Shown one piece after another: positions 24,300-27,168 of a stretch of 27,168 bases of DNA. Position 1 is the first letter of the stretch. Each line of letters opens with the position of its first letter. The notes beneath the pieces are model-generated. The model did no database searches and had not been told where the DNA came from. It worked only from the letters and a program-made list of their open reading frames with translations. The translations under genes were made by a program, and so were the position numbers. Source of the stretch: an uncultured Nitrospirales bacterium (GTDB lineage Bacteria; Hydrogenedentota; Hydrogenedentia; Hydrogenedentales; CAILVY01); contig CAZLII010000001.1 of assembly GCA_964559065.1 (NCBI GenBank), positions 1 through 27,168 on the forward strand, read 5' to 3'.

Positions 24300-24451
24300 T
24301 GTGCGGCCTCCTCTTCTGTCAGAGACTACAAGTGAAACTGAAAACTGTTACGTTCTCCTGTGGCTGGCGGCTGGATTATTCCATGCCGCTTCCGTAGATT
24401 TGGACGCATAAAGGGGGATTTTATTCATTGGGGTGTTGGGGCCGGTGAGAG

Positions 24452-24487
24452 GCAGGGACGAAAGGGACGAAAGGGACAAGAGGGACG
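24452..24487. repeat. Four imperfect tandem 9-bp units (AAAGGGACG-like)
   Basis: gcagggacg-aaagggacg-aaagggaca-agagggacg. Confidence 0.75.
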
Positions 24488-24510
24488 GGAGGGGCGGGTA
24501 GGAAAAAGGG

Positions 24511-24698
24511 AACATTTTAGCCGACTGAAGTAATCACTATACATAACCTGTCATTGCAAGCGAAGCGTGGCAATCTGGATACCAAGTGCGCCTCAGATTG
24601 CTTCGCTCAGCGGCGCTGCGCGCCACTCCGCTCGCAATGACGAAAAGAAAGCGTTATGTGTGTTGATTCCAATGGTTATGCCAGTCGGCTGAAATGTT
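24511..24698. mobile_element. Nested MITE-like element: outer 17-bp inverted repeats enclosing a GTCATTGC...GCAATGAC palindromic element
   Basis: AACATTTTAGCCGACTG (24511-24527) and CAGTCGGCTGAAATGTT (24682-24698) match 16/17. Inner element 24549-24642 has GTCATTGC/GCAATGAC ends and GCAATCT/AGATTGC inner arms. No transposase encoded. Confidence 0.6.
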
Positions 24699-24741
24699 AC
24701 GTAAAAAGGGAATTGAAAAAAGTGCGGGTTTTTCACCTTCA

Positions 24742-24823
24742 CCCACAGGCTAAAGCCTGTACTCCAGAACTTTATCCCACAGGTTAAAGCCGGCACTCCG
24801 AACCTGGGCAGGCTGAAGCCTGC
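24742..24823. repeat. Three REP-like CAGGCTAAAGCCTG-family hairpins
   Basis: CCCACAGGCTAAAGCCTGTACTCC (24742-24765), CCCACAGGTTAAAGCCGGCACTCC (24776-24799), GCAGGCTGAAGCCTGC (24808-24823), directly after the J-domain gene stop. Confidence 0.78.
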
Positions 24824-25140
24824 TAGCGAATGCCGCGCGACTTCTTGATGAGATTGTAGGCTTCGTTCAGGGCGCGCATCGCATCTTCGTCGCCACCGCG
24901 GTCGGGATGGTGCACCTTGGCTTTGCGGCGATACGCCCGTTCGATTTCTTCCCATGGCGCGGAAGGCGACAAGCCCATGAGGCGGTAACTGAGTTCGAGG
25001 TCGGATTCGGTTGGCCGGGGGTCCTCGACATGCTCGCCGCGCAATTCGCGCAACCCGCGAATGACCACCGGCCAGAGGCCGGTCCAACTCAGGAGCACGA
25101 TGATGAGGATGATGATGATAAATTCCTGCATCCCAGGCAT
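24823..25140 (-). CDS. Small membrane-anchored J-domain (DnaJ-like) protein with a TatA-like N-terminus (105 aa)
   Basis: GAGAGG RBS; MPGMQEFIIIILIIVLLSWTGLWPVVIRGLRELRG then YRLMGLSPSAPWEEIERAYRRKAKVHHPDRGG (HPD motif intact). Confidence 0.88.
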   Translation of the reverse strand: MPGMQEFIIIILIIVLLSWTGLWPVVIRGLRELRGEHVEDPRPTESDLELSYRLMGLSPSAPWEEIERAYRRKAKVHHPDRGGDEDAMRALNEAYNLIKKSRGIR

Positions 25141-25161
25141 GGAATGTCCGCCTCTCAGGAT

Positions 25162-25944
25162 CTAATGCCGGTTCCTGTCCCTAAATTTGAATATATTATC
25201 CACCGCTTCACCGAGTTTGTCCATCTTGGGTTTCGGTTCGGAGGCGGACTGTGCGGCGCGGCGTTGTCGGCGCCAGGTATTGATAATCGGGATGCTTTTC
25301 ATGCAAAGATATCCCGCCGCCATGCCGCCGAAATGGGTCTCCACGGACACACTGCTTTCTCCCAGGCCGGAAATGATATTCATCACGACCACGATCACGA
25401 CCAGCCAGATGGCAGTGATGGGCACCGGCAGGGGAAACAAATAGAACTGGCGATGCGGATCAATCATCGCGAAGGCCACCAACACGCCCATGACGGCCCC
25501 GCTGGCGCCCATCACGGACGGCGCAACGGTGCGTCCGCCCGGAAGCAGGTATGGGGGGATTGTTGCGAGCACGGCCAGTGCGCCGCAGACCAGGTAGAAG
25601 CGGTAGAACTGCCGTGTGCCGAGGGTGCGCTCGACTTCCGGCCCGAAAAAGAAGAGCCAGAGCATGTTCATGAACAGGTGCAGCAATCCACTGTGCAGGA
25701 ATTGATAGGTAATCGGCTTGTAAAGGTGGCCGCGAAGGAACAGGTCCGGCTGAAAAGACAGCAATTCTTCCATGCTGCCGCGCAGAAACCAGCCGGAAAA
25801 CATGGCCAGAAACGCCTGCGCCGGCGCCGCGAGCAACTGCAGCGCAAACACGAGCACATTGATCAGGATCAGGCGTTGCACCGCCCAGGTGATCCTGGGC
25901 ATGGTGAACCTTCGATGTTCCTGATGATACTGATATTGAGACAT
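25162..25944 (-). CDS. Rhomboid family intramembrane serine protease (260 aa)
   Basis: ITYQFLHSGLLHLFMNM, FGPEVE, MGASGAVMG (catalytic Ser), ETHFGGMAAG (catalytic His). Confidence 0.92.
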   Translation of the reverse strand: MSQYQYHQEHRRFTMPRITWAVQRLILINVLVFALQLLAAPAQAFLAMFSGWFLRGSMEELLSFQPDLFLRGHLYKPITYQFLHSGLLHLFMNMLWLFFFGPEVERTLGTRQFYRFYLVCGALAVLATIPPYLLPGGRTVAPSVMGASGAVMGVLVAFAMIDPHRQFYLFPLPVPITAIWLVVIVVVMNIISGLGESSVSVETHFGGMAAGYLCMKSIPIINTWRRQRRAAQSASEPKPKMDKLGEAVDNIFKFRDRNRH

Positions 25945-26046
25945 GCGTTAACCTTTGGGCGGACGTCAAACCGCGCACACAGGACATTATGGTACCTGAA
26001 CGGATGAACACCATCCAAGCAATGCGCTGGGAAGCAATGAGGAGGT

Positions 26047-26658
26047 TTACTCCTCCGCGAGGTATTGCAGGGGATAAGAACGGATCACCCCCATGCGTTC
26101 ATATGGATAATACCGGAAACAGACACGCCCGACGATGTCCGCTACTGGTTCCGTGTTTAGCCGGACATGACTGTCTTCGCTGGCATTCCGATTGTCGCCC
26201 AAAACAAATACGCGGTTTTCTTCCACGACAATCGGCGGATCGATCAGATAGCGCATGGGTTCTGCGATATACGGCTCCGAGGCATATTGTCCATTGATGA
26301 ACAGCGCCCCCGCCTTGACGCTGATGACATCGCCGGCCACGCCTGCGATGCGCTTCACCACGTACTCGTCGTTCACACGGTCAAGATACACGATCATGTC
26401 GCCGCGCCGGTAGGCGCGTTCGCGCAGGGTGGCGATGTAATCGCCCCGCATCAGTGTTGGCTCCATGGAGGCCGATGGGACGAGGAAAAAGCGTGCGCCG
26501 CGAAACACGAAGAAGTACACCCCTATCAGGGAGAGGAGAAGAAGGGCTATCGTGCCGCCCTGGCGGCCAAGAATCACCGCGCCCATGCGTCGCGCAAAAC
26601 GTTGCTGCGCGGCGGTGTCATCTTGCATGGGTAACGATAGGTTGGGGGAACGCCTCAT
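26047..26658 (-). CDS. lepB: Signal peptidase I (S26, single-TM type, 203 aa)
   Basis: FLVPSASMEPTL (catalytic Ser), RGDMIVY, YVVKRIAGVAGD (catalytic Lys), VFVLGDNRNASEDS. Confidence 0.92.
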   Translation of the reverse strand: MRRSPNLSLPMQDDTAAQQRFARRMGAVILGRQGGTIALLLLSLIGVYFFVFRGARFFLVPSASMEPTLMRGDYIATLRERAYRRGDMIVYLDRVNDEYVVKRIAGVAGDVISVKAGALFINGQYASEPYIAEPMRYLIDPPIVVEENRVFVLGDNRNASEDSHVRLNTEPVADIVGRVCFRYYPYERMGVIRSYPLQYLAEE

Positions 26659-26686
26659 GGAAATTATCCTGGAAAGCCGGGCCAGG

Positions 26687-27168
26687 TCACTGGCTGACCG
26701 GGTCCGGTTGGCTGCGGGTTCTGGCCCGTTGCATCAGCGTCTTCGCCACTTCGCTGTCCGGGTGCATGCGAAGCGCCTCTTCAAGACATGCCTCGGCCTT
26801 TGTGTATTTTTTGCCGTAGAGCCATACCCGGCCCTCGTTAAGCCAGGTGTAGAAGCGCTCTACGTCGTTGCGGGCCATTTCTCGGGCCTTCTGCCAGGCG
26901 GCGGCCGCGCGTGACCAGCGGACATTCACGCCGAAGCGCTCGCCCGCATAGAAATTGACCGCATAATCAACCACCAGGTCGTAATCATCCGCCGCGTATT
27001 TCGCCGCCGCCCTGGACATGCGTATGGCCCGCCGGAATACCGCCTTCTTGCTGATGTTGCGTCGCGCCTGAATCTGCGGCCAATAAATCAGGTAAATCTG
27101 CGCCATGTTGAAGAGAAAGTCGGGATTCTTTTTCTCCAGGCGCAGCGCCTCCTCCATATGGTTCAATC
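26687..27168 (-). CDS. TPR-repeat protein, 5'-truncated by the window edge
   Basis: Frame is open to the window end; TPR-like helices (EEALRLEKKNPDFLFNMAQIY; WLNEGRVWLYGKKYTKAEACLEEALRMHPDSEVAK). Confidence 0.8.
   Translation of the reverse strand, partial: LNHMEEALRLEKKNPDFLFNMAQIYLIYWPQIQARRNISKKAVFRRAIRMSRAAAKYAADDYDLVVDYAVNFYAGERFGVNVRWSRAAAAWQKAREMARNDVERFYTWLNEGRVWLYGKKYTKAEACLEEALRMHPDSEVAKTLMQRARTRSQPDPVSQ

Noticed and set aside
24170-24397. 75-aa plus-strand ORF in the repeat-rich gap
   Set aside because: No RBS or recognisable features; the opposite-strand 41-aa ORF has far better translation signals.
24742-24823. 24-nt direct repeats as a mini-CRISPR
   Set aside because: Only 2-3 degenerate copies separated by about 10 nt; better explained as REP-like hairpins.
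1-27168. Prophage, integrative element, tRNA/rRNA or known defence operon
   Set aside because: No integrase, transposase, phage structural, nuclease or RNA-gene signatures recognised; composition is fairly uniform and housekeeping genes are interspersed.

Overview
GC-rich (about 60%), gene-dense window from a diderm bacterium (it carries an LptD-like gene and lipoproteins). The repertoire resembles Hydrogenedentota/PVC-like lineages, but that is inference only. About 26 CDSs: housekeeping genes (ridA, ilvE, M20 amidohydrolase, PfkB kinase, nth, lepB, rhomboid) mixed with many uncharacterised envelope proteins. I found no rRNA, tRNA, CRISPR array, integrase or transposase. Two intergenic regions (5730-5950 and 23846-24823) are packed with REP/MITE-like palindromic repeats. 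Most interesting candidates: (1) a 4-TM membrane protein fused to a caspase/CHAT-fold domain with an intact His-Cys dyad (10051-11001), divergent from a zinc-ribbon/TM/GspC-PilP-like gene, a lipoprotein and a GT-C-like glycosyltransferase; (2) an LptD-like barrel with an extra N-terminal YVTN beta-propeller, preceded by a small secreted protein; (3) a lepB-rhomboid-TatA-like J-domain gene run; (4) a TPR-gluzincin gene whose signal peptide is interrupted by an in-frame TGA followed by a hairpin. All domain calls come from motif recognition by eye; no searches were run.
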